Origin: a phage
NCBI GenBank assembly: GCA_028473545.1
Contig: GCA_028473545.1_4546.1
Direction: 5' to 3' (one strand)
DNA length: 45,074 bases
Below are positions 25,009 through 34,530 of the stretch, piece after piece. The position numbers were made by a program, and so were the translations under genes. Each line of letters opens with the position of its first letter. The stretch's first letter is position 1. The notes under the pieces are model-generated. The model made no database searches and was not told the DNA's origin. It was given only the letters and a program-made list of their open reading frames with translations.

Positions 25009-25749
25009 ATGTTAACGAAGAAGGTTAAGAGCGATATCGCCGCGCACGTTGCGGCATGTCTGCCAGAAGAAGCCTGCGGCCTGGTCGTCATGGTGGGCCG
25101 CAAACAAGTATTTATCCCGTGCCTGAACGTATTCGAAGACCCGACCGGCGCGCGATCGCGTAAGGACGCGTTTACAATTAGTGATATGGCATGGATGGAC
25201 GCCGAGGATATGGGCGACGTCGTGCGCGTAGTCCACTCACATCCAGGCCAGCGCGAGCTAACCCCGTCATTGGGCGACGTTAGCGGATGCAACGGCAGCG
25301 GCATAGTGTGGGCCATTACCAATGAGTATGGCGACTTTATCGAGATCGACCCGGAAGACCCGCCGCTGGTAGGTCGCCGATTTGTTCTCGGAATTACGGA
25401 TTGCTATGGCCTCGTCATGGACTGGCACAAAAAGCAGGGCGTGATTCTTCCTGACTTCCGCGTGCCGTATAACTGGTGGGAAATGGGCGAAAGCCTGTAC
25501 ATGGATAACTGGTATGATGCGGGGTTCCGGGAGTGCGAGGAGAATACACTGGGGGCGATGGTCATCATGCAGATTAGCGCGCCAGTGCCTAACCATGCTG
25601 GGATCTTCCTTCCGGGCAACCAACTACTGCACCATATCTACGGCAGCTTGTCGAGCGTGGTCCCCTTCCGGGCAGGATTTTTCCGCGACAATGTGGTTAA
25701 ATGGGTACGTCATAAAGACTTACCAGGGGATATTACAGAATGGCAATGA
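25009..25749 (+). CDS. Tail assembly protein (lambda gpK-like; MPN/JAB plus NlpC/P60 domains)
   Basis: 246 aa; JAB motif VVHSHPGQRELTPSLGDV; Cys-containing ITDCYGLVMDWH. Confidence 0.7.
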   Translation: MLTKKVKSDIAAHVAACLPEEACGLVVMVGRKQVFIPCLNVFEDPTGARSRKDAFTISDMAWMDAEDMGDVVRVVHSHPGQRELTPSLGDVSGCNGSGIVWAITNEYGDFIEIDPEDPPLVGRRFVLGITDCYGLVMDWHKKQGVILPDFRVPYNWWEMGESLYMDNWYDAGFRECEENTLGAMVIMQISAPVPNHAGIFLPGNQLLHHIYGSLSSVVPFRAGFFRDNVVKWVRHKDLPGDITEWQ

Positions 25750-26357
25750 CCACATTTAAATTGTACGGCGTCTTAGGACGTCGTTTTGGTAAAGTGCATA
25801 AGCTGGAATGTTTCACACCTGGCGAGGGTATCACCGGCCTATGCGTGAAGTTACCAGGCTTACAGGACTTTCTAATGTCGGCCCACCTGGGAAACATGAT
25901 GTTTAAGGTGCGCAAGGGTAATCACACAATGACCGGCTACGACGAGTTAGGGGAGTTCCACGGCGACCGCGTAGTTACCATCGCGCCGGTTATGACGGGT
26001 GCTAAAAGCGGACTGGGCCAATTGCTGGCTGGCGTAGCTATCGTGGTGGCGTCGTTCTACACCGGCGGGCTTGCCGCTGCCGCTTTCGGTGCTTCCGCGG
26101 CGACCGCTGCCGCTATCGGAACGGCGACGTTTTCGTTCGGTATGTCGCTTGCGCTTGGCGGTGCTATGCAACTGCTGTCACCGCAACCGAAAGGATTGCA
26201 GACACGGCAGGACGTGGATAACAAGGCGTCGTATGCGTTCGGCGGGCCGGTAAACACTACCGCGCAAGGTACAGCACTTGGTGTATTATGGGGCGAGCGT
26301 GAGATCGGCGGCGCTATTATTTCAGCCGGAATTGTAACCGAGGATTTGAACGAATGA
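25740..26357 (+). CDS. Tail assembly protein (lambda gpI-like)
   Basis: 205 aa; Gly/Ala-rich hydrophobic segment; position between the K-like and J-like genes. Confidence 0.6.
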   Translation: MAMTTFKLYGVLGRRFGKVHKLECFTPGEGITGLCVKLPGLQDFLMSAHLGNMMFKVRKGNHTMTGYDELGEFHGDRVVTIAPVMTGAKSGLGQLLAGVAIVVASFYTGGLAAAAFGASAATAAAIGTATFSFGMSLALGGAMQLLSPQPKGLQTRQDVDNKASYAFGGPVNTTAQGTALGVLWGEREIGGAIISAGIVTEDLNE

Positions 26358-29300
26358 CGATTGTATACGACGTCACGGGTCATAAAGGCGGCGGTGGCAA
26401 ACAGCACACCCCACAGGAGACGCCTGATAGCCTGCATTCGCTGGCTAAAATCCGCATCTTGCTCGCACTGGGCGAGGGCGAATTTGAAGGCATTCCCGAC
26501 CCTAACGAATTACGGCAGCGTGTATACCTGGACGGCACACCGATCCAGAACGCCGACCTGTCGGATAACTTCCCCGGCGCGCGTGTGGAGTTCCGCCCCG
26601 GCACGCAGCACCAGGATGTGATTCACGGTTTTTCAGCGGTGGAAAGCGAGCAAACAGTAGGCGTAAAACTGGAACAGGGCCAGCCGTGGGTCCGCCAGAT
26701 TTCGGATACCAGTCTGGATGCGGTGCGCATTCGAATCGGTATTCCGGCCCTGTACACCAACGAAGATAATGGCGACCTGGTGGGCGGGCGCATCGACTAT
26801 AAAATTGTTGTGTATACAGACAATGCTGATCCGCGGGAGTTTACATTCGCTGCCGTTGGTAAAACAATGTCGCTGTATGAGCGCGATCACCGCATCGAAT
26901 TACCGCCGAACGTGAATACCGGCTGGCGCGTGGAGGTGCACCGCACAACGGCAGACTCCACATCGGCAAAAGTGGTCAACGATATTCAGGTACAATCCAT
27001 TACTGAGATTATCGACGCCCGCCTGCGATACCCGCTAACCGCGCTGTTGTTCGTGGAGTTCGATGCTAAGGCGTTCCAGAACATCCCGCGTGTGTCCATC
27101 AAGTGCAAAGGCCGCAAAGTGCTGGTGCCGAACAACTACGACCCGATTAATCATACCTATTCTGGTGACTGGGACGGCACATTTAAACGCGCCTGGACGG
27201 ATAACCCTGCGTGGCACTGGTACGATATTTGTATTACTGAGCGCTTCGGCCTCGGTCGTCGTGTCAAGCCACAAATGCTAAACCGTTACGCACTCTACCA
27301 GATTTCGCAGCGCTGCGATCAGATGGTCAGTGACGGCAACGGCGGTCAGGAAATCCGATTTAAGAATGATATGTACATTCAGTCGCAGACCGACGCCTGG
27401 ACCGTGCTGAAGGATTTAGCGGCTATCTTTGCGGGCATGACCTGGTGGGGCAACCAGATGTTGAATATCGTCAGTGACCAGCCTGTCGCAGCGGTATCGC
27501 ATACTATCACCAACGCCTCGGTCATTGATGGTCGATTCGACTACGCATCGGGAAGCCAGAAAACTCGGTATTCCACGTTCTCGGTAGCCTACGGCAACCC
27601 GAAGAACCACTATGATGACGCCATCGCAACGGGTCAACGTGTCGAACTGGTGCGCCGCCATAAGATTAACCGCCTTGATATCACGGCGATCGGCTGTACG
27701 CGAGAATCTGAAGCGCAACGCCGCGGGCACTGGGCGCTAATCTCCAACCAGCTTGACCAGCAAGTCAGCTTTAAGGTTGGCATGGAGGGGTTATTCTTTA
27801 TTCCGGGGAGCGTAGTCGCGATCGCAGATACTAACATTTCTGGCGGCTTCGAGACACGCGGCGGACGCCTGTTGTCAGATCCAGGCACGCGCACCGTGCT
27901 GAACACGGACAGCGAAATCACGTTCCGCCCTGGTGATAAATTCCTGGTGCGCACCGATAGCGGTAATGTGGAGACTCGCGAGATTGCCAGCGTCAACGGC
28001 AACCAGGTCACGCTAAAAACCGCACTGGACTCCGACCCGATTCCCGATCAGCCGTTTTGCGTTGATGGCGATGATATCCAGTTGCAGAAGTTCCGCATCA
28101 CAGACCTGGAATATGACGACGCTACCAGCACTTTTTCGGTGCGCGGGATTGAGTACAACGATAGCAAATATGATGCCGTTGATAATGGCGCGCGTCTTGA
28201 TCCGGGTATCTTCACTCAAGTGCCGGACGGCGTGATGAAGGGGCCAGAATCCGTTACTATCACCCCGTCGCAGATTTCATCGCAAGGCCAGCTAATCACC
28301 AACGTAGATATTGTTTTTCCGCCGGTGAAGGATGCCGTTGTGTACGAAATCCAGTGGCGACGTACCAGCTTGCAGAATCTGGAAGTACAGTGGGGCAACG
28401 ACTGGGTTAACATCCCCCGCACGGCGTCGAACGGCGCGCACATCCCGAACGTGTTTTCTGGTAACTACCAGGCACGCGTCCGCGCTATCGGTATGGGCGA
28501 GATTTCATCCCCGTGGGTGTCATCCGAAATCACGCCGGTCGAGGGCCGTCTTGGCGGGCTAAACGCGCCAATCATTACCAACGCGATTTCGGGCCTTCAT
28601 CAAATTTTGTGGAAGTGGAATCACAACAACGCCGCGACGGATATTTCGTATACCGAGCTTGAAGTGCGCAAGCTGGGTGAGACTGAATGGAAATTCTTGA
28701 CCAACGTCCCATATCCGGGGTCGGACTATGCGCAAACGTCGCTGGAATTCGGGATCTACCAGCAGTTGCGCGCACGCGTAGCGGATAAAATCGGCAACCT
28801 GTCGGACTGGTCAGACCCGTTTGACGGTCAGGTGAGTGACAAAGTTGACGAGTACATGCAGGGGCTTGATGACGAGTTCTTGACTTCCGAGGACGGTAAA
28901 CACTTCCAGGAAGCAATCGACACCATTCCACAAGGCATTTACGAGGCCATGCTCACCGACGCGCAGCAGTTGTTTAACGCCCGCTCCGAGTATCAAGGGA
29001 TTTATGCGGAAATCAAGGTGGCGTACAACGTTGCGGTGGACGCAAACGAGGCCGTAGCGCAACTGGAAACGCTGATCGGCACGCGCCTTGACGATGCGGA
29101 AGCGTCAATCCACACGTTGCAGACTGCGCAAAGCACGCACGAACAAGCGTTCGCCCAGTATCAACAAACTGTTGCCGCTAAGTTCGGTCAGCAGTCCGCA
29201 GCGATCGAGCAGAAGATGACGTCTTCGTTTAACCATGCTGGCGGTAGCGCCACCTACAGCCTTAAAGCTGGCGTGACGTATAACGGGACTTACTATGATG

Positions 29301-29704
29301 CCGGTATGCAGCTTTCCGTTGTGGCGGAAGGTGGCGCGGTTAAATCTCGCATCGCGTTCAAGGCGGACCAGTTCTACATCATGCACCCGTCGAATGGGTC
29401 GCTTTCGTCCGCGTTTATCGTCGACGGCGGTCAGGTGTACATTGACACGGCGCGCATCAAGAATGCGTCCATCAACTTCGCACAGATCACGGACACGCTG
29501 CAATCCAATAACTGGAATCCGGGTAACAGCGGCTGGCGAATCGCGAAGGATGGCGGGGCGGAGTTCAACAACGTAACGGTACGCGGCAACTTGTTCGCGA
29601 CTACGGGTAATTTCGGATTCTCCGGCGGGTCCGTTACGATCGACGCAACGGGCGTCAACGTGCCATTACCTGGAGGGGGAAGGGTTAAAGTCGGGACGTG
29701 GTAA
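26354..29704 (+). CDS. Tail tip / central fiber protein (lambda gpJ-like)
   Basis: 1116 aa; ATGA overlap with the I-like gene; size and position. Confidence 0.8.
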   Translation: MTIVYDVTGHKGGGGKQHTPQETPDSLHSLAKIRILLALGEGEFEGIPDPNELRQRVYLDGTPIQNADLSDNFPGARVEFRPGTQHQDVIHGFSAVESEQTVGVKLEQGQPWVRQISDTSLDAVRIRIGIPALYTNEDNGDLVGGRIDYKIVVYTDNADPREFTFAAVGKTMSLYERDHRIELPPNVNTGWRVEVHRTTADSTSAKVVNDIQVQSITEIIDARLRYPLTALLFVEFDAKAFQNIPRVSIKCKGRKVLVPNNYDPINHTYSGDWDGTFKRAWTDNPAWHWYDICITERFGLGRRVKPQMLNRYALYQISQRCDQMVSDGNGGQEIRFKNDMYIQSQTDAWTVLKDLAAIFAGMTWWGNQMLNIVSDQPVAAVSHTITNASVIDGRFDYASGSQKTRYSTFSVAYGNPKNHYDDAIATGQRVELVRRHKINRLDITAIGCTRESEAQRRGHWALISNQLDQQVSFKVGMEGLFFIPGSVVAIADTNISGGFETRGGRLLSDPGTRTVLNTDSEITFRPGDKFLVRTDSGNVETREIASVNGNQVTLKTALDSDPIPDQPFCVDGDDIQLQKFRITDLEYDDATSTFSVRGIEYNDSKYDAVDNGARLDPGIFTQVPDGVMKGPESVTITPSQISSQGQLITNVDIVFPPVKDAVVYEIQWRRTSLQNLEVQWGNDWVNIPRTASNGAHIPNVFSGNYQARVRAIGMGEISSPWVSSEITPVEGRLGGLNAPIITNAISGLHQILWKWNHNNAATDISYTELEVRKLGETEWKFLTNVPYPGSDYAQTSLEFGIYQQLRARVADKIGNLSDWSDPFDGQVSDKVDEYMQGLDDEFLTSEDGKHFQEAIDTIPQGIYEAMLTDAQQLFNARSEYQGIYAEIKVAYNVAVDANEAVAQLETLIGTRLDDAEASIHTLQTAQSTHEQAFAQYQQTVAAKFGQQSAAIEQKMTSSFNHAGGSATYSLKAGVTYNGTYYDAGMQLSVVAEGGAVKSRIAFKADQFYIMHPSNGSLSSAFIVDGGQVYIDTARIKNASINFAQITDTLQSNNWNPGNSGWRIAKDGGAEFNNVTVRGNLFATTGNFGFSGGSVTIDATGVNVPLPGGGRVKVGTW

Positions 29705-29708
29705 ATGA

Positions 29709-29735
29709 GAAGGGGCCATCCGGCCCCTTTTTTAA
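29709..29735. terminator. Bidirectional rho-independent terminator
   Basis: ggggcc-atcc-ggcccc hairpin flanked by tttttt (plus) and T-rich sequence on the minus side; at a convergent gene junction; near-identical copy at 32533-32560. Confidence 0.5.
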
Positions 29736-30706
29736 TACATGTTAGGTATGACGAGTAACGGGGTTGGGACGGCTATGTTGCGGTTAGGCATCTGGAATTG
29801 CTGCCGTGAGTAGTTACCGATTACGCGATTACGCGCCGCACTAACCACGTTGCCCGCCATGCGTATCCCGTTCATTCGAACGTGGTTGTAGCCGCTGTTG
29901 TTCTCAATGAGCGCGCCGGTATATGAAAGCTGTACGAGGCTATTACCGATATTCTGACCGCCGGTGCCGATATTAATTACCGAATTGAGCACAAACGGCT
30001 TGTTAACGGTCGAGAACGTGACCTGCCCCTGGTTGTTCGTCATGGTGATACCAGTCCCCGGTGATGGAGGCGTATTGTTGAAGATAACCAGATCCAAGTC
30101 CACTTCGGCCCCGACGTCATCAATCCCGCCATAAGACGAATTGCGGACGATGATACTACTACCATCGAAGCCTACCGATACGTTGCCATTATCCCAGCGC
30201 GCGAACGGGATACCGCCCACAGGCAAAGGCATACTACCGTTCACGTGCACGCGCTGCGCGTAGCGGCAGGTCATTAACCGGGACACGTTGGAAATCGCGG
30301 TGAAGTCTGTCGAGTTCGCCACCAGTAAGCCCGCATTGCGTGACCCCACCGGCAGCACTTCCATAATTATACCAGCCCATTGCGGGAGGCCGCTGTATGC
30401 GTTATGCGCGTCCGCGCCTCGAAGGATAATTCCACTATCCCCGTTGCGCTGTACCGACGTCACGTAGAACGGGTCGGGGAGAACCAGCGTCTGGTCGAAC
30501 ACCTCAAGCACTTCTACCGGGCGCGTGAGTGCAACGACAAGGTCCGACCCTGGTGTTAGCGGGGTATTAATGGTCAGCGTCTTGTCGGACTGGCAGCGCT
30601 GATCAAACGTAGTGCAGTATGACGGAGCGCGCAAACCGGCAGTTATCTCCATAATCGGTCGTCCGTCGTTGTAGTCGATGAGTATTCCAGCGCCCATTAT
30701 TACCAC
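29732..30706 (-). CDS. Putative receptor-binding / tail accessory protein (GTG start)
   Basis: 324-aa antisense ORF between the J-like and tail-fiber genes; Gly/Asn/Ser/Thr-rich; start codon abuts the upstream lipoprotein stop. Confidence 0.45.
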   Translation of the reverse strand: MVIMGAGILIDYNDGRPIMEITAGLRAPSYCTTFDQRCQSDKTLTINTPLTPGSDLVVALTRPVEVLEVFDQTLVLPDPFYVTSVQRNGDSGIILRGADAHNAYSGLPQWAGIIMEVLPVGSRNAGLLVANSTDFTAISNVSRLMTCRYAQRVHVNGSMPLPVGGIPFARWDNGNVSVGFDGSSIIVRNSSYGGIDDVGAEVDLDLVIFNNTPPSPGTGITMTNNQGQVTFSTVNKPFVLNSVINIGTGGQNIGNSLVQLSYTGALIENNSGYNHVRMNGIRMAGNVVSAARNRVIGNYSRQQFQMPNRNIAVPTPLLVIPNMY

Positions 30707-30921
30707 TCCCGTGATTTAACAGATACAGTGCCTGAGAAATTGCCGTCGCTATCGGCAGATAGGCCCGTGAAGCGCATGTCCACGGCCCCGGCAGGGACTT
30801 TTTGCCCGTCAACGTAGCGTAACATGCAGCTACCGTAAGCAACCGTAATGCAATCGCCGTTGTTGCGTTCTACAGCACAACCGGACAAAAGGACCGCACA
30901 AATCATAATTAAAGTTTTCAT
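30700..30921 (-). CDS. Small lipoprotein (candidate Llp/Cor-like superinfection exclusion protein)
   Basis: Start at MKTLIMICAVLLSGC with aggag RBS; lipobox LSGC; 73 aa; adjacent to the putative receptor-binding gene. Confidence 0.5.
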   Translation of the reverse strand: MKTLIMICAVLLSGCAVERNNGDCITVAYGSCMLRYVDGQKVPAGAVDMRFTGLSADSDGNFSGTVSVKSREW

Positions 30922-30975
30922 GTTATCATCTCCTATATTTGGTTGAGTTTTAGTATTGCACCGCTCAATCAAGAA

Positions 30976-30985
30976 TGCAACCAAT
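30976..30985 (+). promoter_or_regulatory. TGCAACCAAT box upstream of the tail fiber gene
   Basis: TGCAACCAATTTTAAGAGG directly precedes the ATG at 31003; lies in the divergent region between lipoprotein and fiber genes. Confidence 0.3.
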
Positions 30986-31002
30986 TTTAAGAGGATTCAG
31001 CT

Positions 31003-32529
31003 ATGGCAGCGGGTACTATCTTATTAACCAATAACAGCCGGTCAGTAACGGGGACCGGTACGACGTTTTCGGCGTTCAAAGCCGGTGATTTCCTTTCTGT
31101 CGTAGTGGGGCAAGTCCCCTACACTATCGCGATTGAATCTATCGAAAGCAACACCGGGCTTACTTTGGTGCTGCCGTTTGACGGCCCAACGGCATCCGGC
31201 ATCGCATGGGATGGCGTTGCGCGCGATACCATGTCGCTGGCAACGATGGGCGTAACAGTCCAGGCACAGAAAGCACTGCGTATGCTTATTGCGGACGAGA
31301 ACAACTGGCGTGCAATCTTCGGCGACGCTGAAGAAATCACAGTTACGTTACCGAACGGCACAGTGATGCAGGGTATGTCGTGGGGCTACCTGTCGCAGCT
31401 AATGAAGCAGATCGACCCGGTGGAAATGCTCAACCTGCAACAACAAGCCGCCGCATCTGAGGTCGCAGCGAAAGGATACCGCGACGAGGCCGAAGGCTTC
31501 AAGAACGATACTAATACCATCAAGACGCAAACCAACCAGATTAAGACTGATACGCAGGCGATCCACGACGCCACCAATACGATCAAGACGCAAACCGACC
31601 AGATTAAGACCGATACGCAGGCCATCAAGGACCAGACCAACCAGATTAAGACTGACACTGGCGTTATTCGAGATCAGGCCAACACGGCGAAGACTGACGC
31701 ACAAGCGGCCCGAGATGCAGCGCAGGGATACCGCGACGAAGCCGAAGGCTTCAAAAACTCAATCGACCCCACTAAGTTCATGCAGAAGTCGCAGAACCTG
31801 GCGGACGTTGCCGACAAGTACACCGCGCGCAACATTCTTGGGGTGGGCGATGACAGTTACGTTAAACACGCAACATTACGCCTGAACGGTGGCGAATCAT
31901 TAACATTCAATGAAGTGGAGGCTAACGGCTTAATTCTATCAAACGCCTCGATGGGAATCGACAATTGGGTAGGCTTCACCATGCATAAATGGTACGCCGA
32001 CTGGACACGCGCAGGAATTGTGCGTGCGGGTGACTCCCACTTGTCAGACTACCGCATCCACGTGTGGAAGAATGGGGATACTGAGGCGCTATTCCGCTTC
32101 CTGCCGGACGGGCGTCTGATTCAGGGTAACGGCGGCAACCCATCGTCGGCGGAGTTTCAGAAAGCACCGCTATCAGACCGGGACGTGAAGAAAGAAATCC
32201 AATACACGGACGGCGCGGAAAGTTACAACCGAGTACGGCAATGGCTACCAGCAATGTTTAAGTATAAGGAGTCGGACGTACAGCGTTACGGCCTTATCGC
32301 GCAGGACCTGGCCATGATTGACCCGGAATATGTGCACTTGCTGCCAGGACACGGAATCTACGAGGACGTTGTTGTTGGCGTGGACGAGGAAGGGAACGAG
32401 ATTGTCGAGCAAAAGGAGATCGGATACACCGACGATGTGCTGTCGCTTGACAGTAACGTGCTGTTGATGGATCTATGCGCCGCCTTCGTTCACCTGTTGC
32501 AGAAAGTAGAAAAGCTGGAAGGTAAGTAA
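31003..32529 (+). CDS. Tail fiber protein with C-terminal S74-type intramolecular chaperone domain
   Basis: 508 aa; internal repeats TNTIKTQTNQIKTDTQAI; C-terminal segment GLIAQDLAMIDPEYVH resembles the endosialidase-chaperone domain. Confidence 0.65.
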   Translation: MAAGTILLTNNSRSVTGTGTTFSAFKAGDFLSVVVGQVPYTIAIESIESNTGLTLVLPFDGPTASGIAWDGVARDTMSLATMGVTVQAQKALRMLIADENNWRAIFGDAEEITVTLPNGTVMQGMSWGYLSQLMKQIDPVEMLNLQQQAAASEVAAKGYRDEAEGFKNDTNTIKTQTNQIKTDTQAIHDATNTIKTQTDQIKTDTQAIKDQTNQIKTDTGVIRDQANTAKTDAQAARDAAQGYRDEAEGFKNSIDPTKFMQKSQNLADVADKYTARNILGVGDDSYVKHATLRLNGGESLTFNEVEANGLILSNASMGIDNWVGFTMHKWYADWTRAGIVRAGDSHLSDYRIHVWKNGDTEALFRFLPDGRLIQGNGGNPSSAEFQKAPLSDRDVKKEIQYTDGAESYNRVRQWLPAMFKYKESDVQRYGLIAQDLAMIDPEYVHLLPGHGIYEDVVVGVDEEGNEIVEQKEIGYTDDVLSLDSNVLLMDLCAAFVHLLQKVEKLEGK

Positions 32530-32532
32530 TGA

Positions 32533-32560
32533 GAAGGGGCCATACGGCCCCTTTTTTAGT
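32533..32560. terminator. Bidirectional rho-independent terminator
   Basis: gagaaggggccatacggccccttttttag; near-identical to the terminator at 29709-29735. Confidence 0.5.
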
Positions 32561-33131
32561 TTGAGTTTTCCCAGTCCATTTTGCGCCGTACTAACGGGCT
32601 TTCGTAATATTCCTTGCCCTCCACTTCCACCAGAGGCCAGTCGTTGACAATCACGTATGGTTCCGCAATATCCTCAATCACGCCGTGTGCGCTATGTTGC
32701 CCGAACGATACGCCCACCAGGATAACACCGGCAACCCGACGGGTGAGATACTCGCGAGCGCAACGCGCCTCTACCAGTCCGCGACGGATGCCGCTGGTGG
32801 CTTTGACCTCGTAGGTCCAGACGGCATCAATCATGTGCTCACGGAAGTCGGGGCCGGACTTAACCTTGCGTTTACCGACCATGATAATATCGCCGCGGTC
32901 GATAGTATTGGCGCTAAACAGGCCGGTACGCATAAGCAAGCCTTGCGGGATACAACTACGCCCGCCTGCCTGCCCTTCAAGGTACATGCCAGCAAACATC
33001 TCGCCCAGCACACCGACAAGTCGGCTTTGCTTGCACGCGTCAGACTTTAATCGCCACTGGTCAAACTCGACGCTCGCCAACATTGCCGCTATGTGGAATT
33101 GTTTACCGGTTATTTCGTATTCGCCGTACAT
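32556..33131 (-). CDS. Hypothetical protein (last gene of the leftward operon)
   Basis: 191 aa; gaggg RBS; no motif confidently recognised. Confidence 0.5.
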   Translation of the reverse strand: MYGEYEITGKQFHIAAMLASVEFDQWRLKSDACKQSRLVGVLGEMFAGMYLEGQAGGRSCIPQGLLMRTGLFSANTIDRGDIIMVGKRKVKSGPDFREHMIDAVWTYEVKATSGIRRGLVEARCAREYLTRRVAGVILVGVSFGQHSAHGVIEDIAEPYVIVNDWPLVEVEGKEYYESPLVRRKMDWENSN

Positions 33132-33173
33132 TGTGAAGCCCTCATTGCTGCGGGCCGAAGCCCGCTATTAGAA

Positions 33174-33767
33174 TTATTTAAGTGCGCTAGTCACCAGTGT
33201 TTTTTCCATATTGCGGAAGTCTTCCGGCGTCATGAGTATTTTGGACCCATCCTCGCCAGTGAGCACTACCATAGGCTGGACTTCTTGATCTGCCACACCG
33301 AAATTGGCAGCTTTAACCGTCTTTCCGAACGAGGCCACCGTATCCTCGGCAACGCGCATTGCACTGTTATACGCATTAATCTCGCCATCCAGGCGCACGG
33401 ACAGGTCCGAAGGCTTGAACGCGCCGCCGGTCTTGATAGGCCAACCTTTGAGGCTGTCGAATTGCGCTGCCGTTGTATCGATCTGAATCTCGTCATGCAC
33501 GGTCATGTGCGACTCACCCAGTAGTGCGGCATACGCAACCAGATCAACAATATTGTCTTCCTGGTGCTTACGGTGCTGGCGCACCAGCTTCAGGCAGATC
33601 AGGAAGGTCCAGGCTTCTTGCTCGGTAAGGTCGCGACCGGTAAGCGCGTTAAACACGGCAGCGATTTGCTTCGCGCTGCGTTCTTCTTTCGCGTTATCAT
33701 AGCCGTTCTCTTTCCCGCGCTGTTCCATAGTGGTGGCGGCGTTCTTGCAGTATTCAAATGCTTTCAT
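33174..33767 (-). CDS. Hypothetical protein
   Basis: Start at MKAFEYCK (internal ATG; the ORF-track start is a TTG); about 197 aa. Confidence 0.45.
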   Translation of the reverse strand: MKAFEYCKNAATTMEQRGKENGYDNAKEERSAKQIAAVFNALTGRDLTEQEAWTFLICLKLVRQHRKHQEDNIVDLVAYAALLGESHMTVHDEIQIDTTAAQFDSLKGWPIKTGGAFKPSDLSVRLDGEINAYNSAMRVAEDTVASFGKTVKAANFGVADQEVQPMVVLTGEDGSKILMTPEDFRNMEKTLVTSALK

Positions 33768-33818
33768 GATGTTTTCCTTTTTAGTGGGGGCCGGATTGCC
33801 CCCGACGAGATAACTATA

Positions 33819-33842
33819 GTGCAACCAACCTATTGGTTGCAA
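33819..33842. promoter_or_regulatory. Palindromic pair of ATTGGTTGCA boxes
   Basis: TGCAACCAAcctATTGGTTGCA inverted repeat in the gap between two minus-strand genes. Confidence 0.35.
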
Positions 33843-34300
33843 GTAAATTTTGCTACGTTTATAGAATAAATTTTAGGGACCATATCGCTGCACGCCCGAC
33901 GGATGGCTTCGATATTCTTCGGGCAGTCTTCAATGATGACCAGTTCGGACACGTCCGCATAGCACACCATTTTGAACACCGCGCACGCCTTAAATTCCGG
34001 CGGTGGGGTGTCATCCAGCATGTGGCGCATGAACAACCGGCCTGTCGGGAATACTTTCAACTGTTCAGCGGTAGTCTCCCAGCATTCGCGCTGCCGGTTA
34101 GTCAGATACGCTATCTCGAAGCCTTGCTCTTTGTACATGCGCAGCAACGGCAGCATGTCCATGTTCAGGTCTTCGCGGACGTGCGCTTTGTGCCACTTCG
34201 CCCAAAAGGTTGATTTGGTTTTTATGCCGGGCACCAGGTCAGCACGCGCATCACTTGAACCATTAATAACGCCATCCAGATCACAAATCAGTAGTTTCAT
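33830..34300 (-). CDS. HAD-superfamily phosphatase (possible nucleotidase)
   Basis: 156 aa; N-terminal motif LLICDLDGVI (DxDG). Confidence 0.55.
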   Translation of the reverse strand: MKLLICDLDGVINGSSDARADLVPGIKTKSTFWAKWHKAHVREDLNMDMLPLLRMYKEQGFEIAYLTNRQRECWETTAEQLKVFPTGRLFMRHMLDDTPPPEFKACAVFKMVCYADVSELVIIEDCPKNIEAIRRACSDMVPKIYSINVAKFTCNQ

Positions 34301-34530
34301 TTTAAGCTCTCAATAAGGGTGTAGCGGGCGCTTCGCGCAGTAACGGAGTTGCATACAAAATGGCAACGCTTGGTTATGACAAGCCAGCCGGTGAGGTCCA
34401 GGCCCAGGATGTATTCCGGGCGGCTGGCGCGCATCACTCGGTCGCGGCGCGGGTCGATGTTATAGTCTCTTTGCATTTGGTCTACTACCGCGGGGTCGCG
34501 GTCGACGATTAAGATATTCATGTAACTCAC
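34297..34530 (-). CDS. Hypothetical small protein (start uncertain)
   Basis: 77-aa ORF overlapping the Dam-like gene 3' end by about 70 nt; internal ATGs at 34476 or 34434 would shorten it. Confidence 0.3.
   Translation of the reverse strand: MSYMNILIVDRDPAVVDQMQRDYNIDPRRDRVMRASRPEYILGLDLTGWLVITKRCHFVCNSVTARSARYTLIESLK

Noticed and set aside
29732-30706. Calling the 324-aa antisense protein an enzymatic tailspike
   Set aside because: No catalytic motif recognised; Gly/Asn-rich composition is compatible with a beta-rich receptor-binding protein, so it is kept generic.
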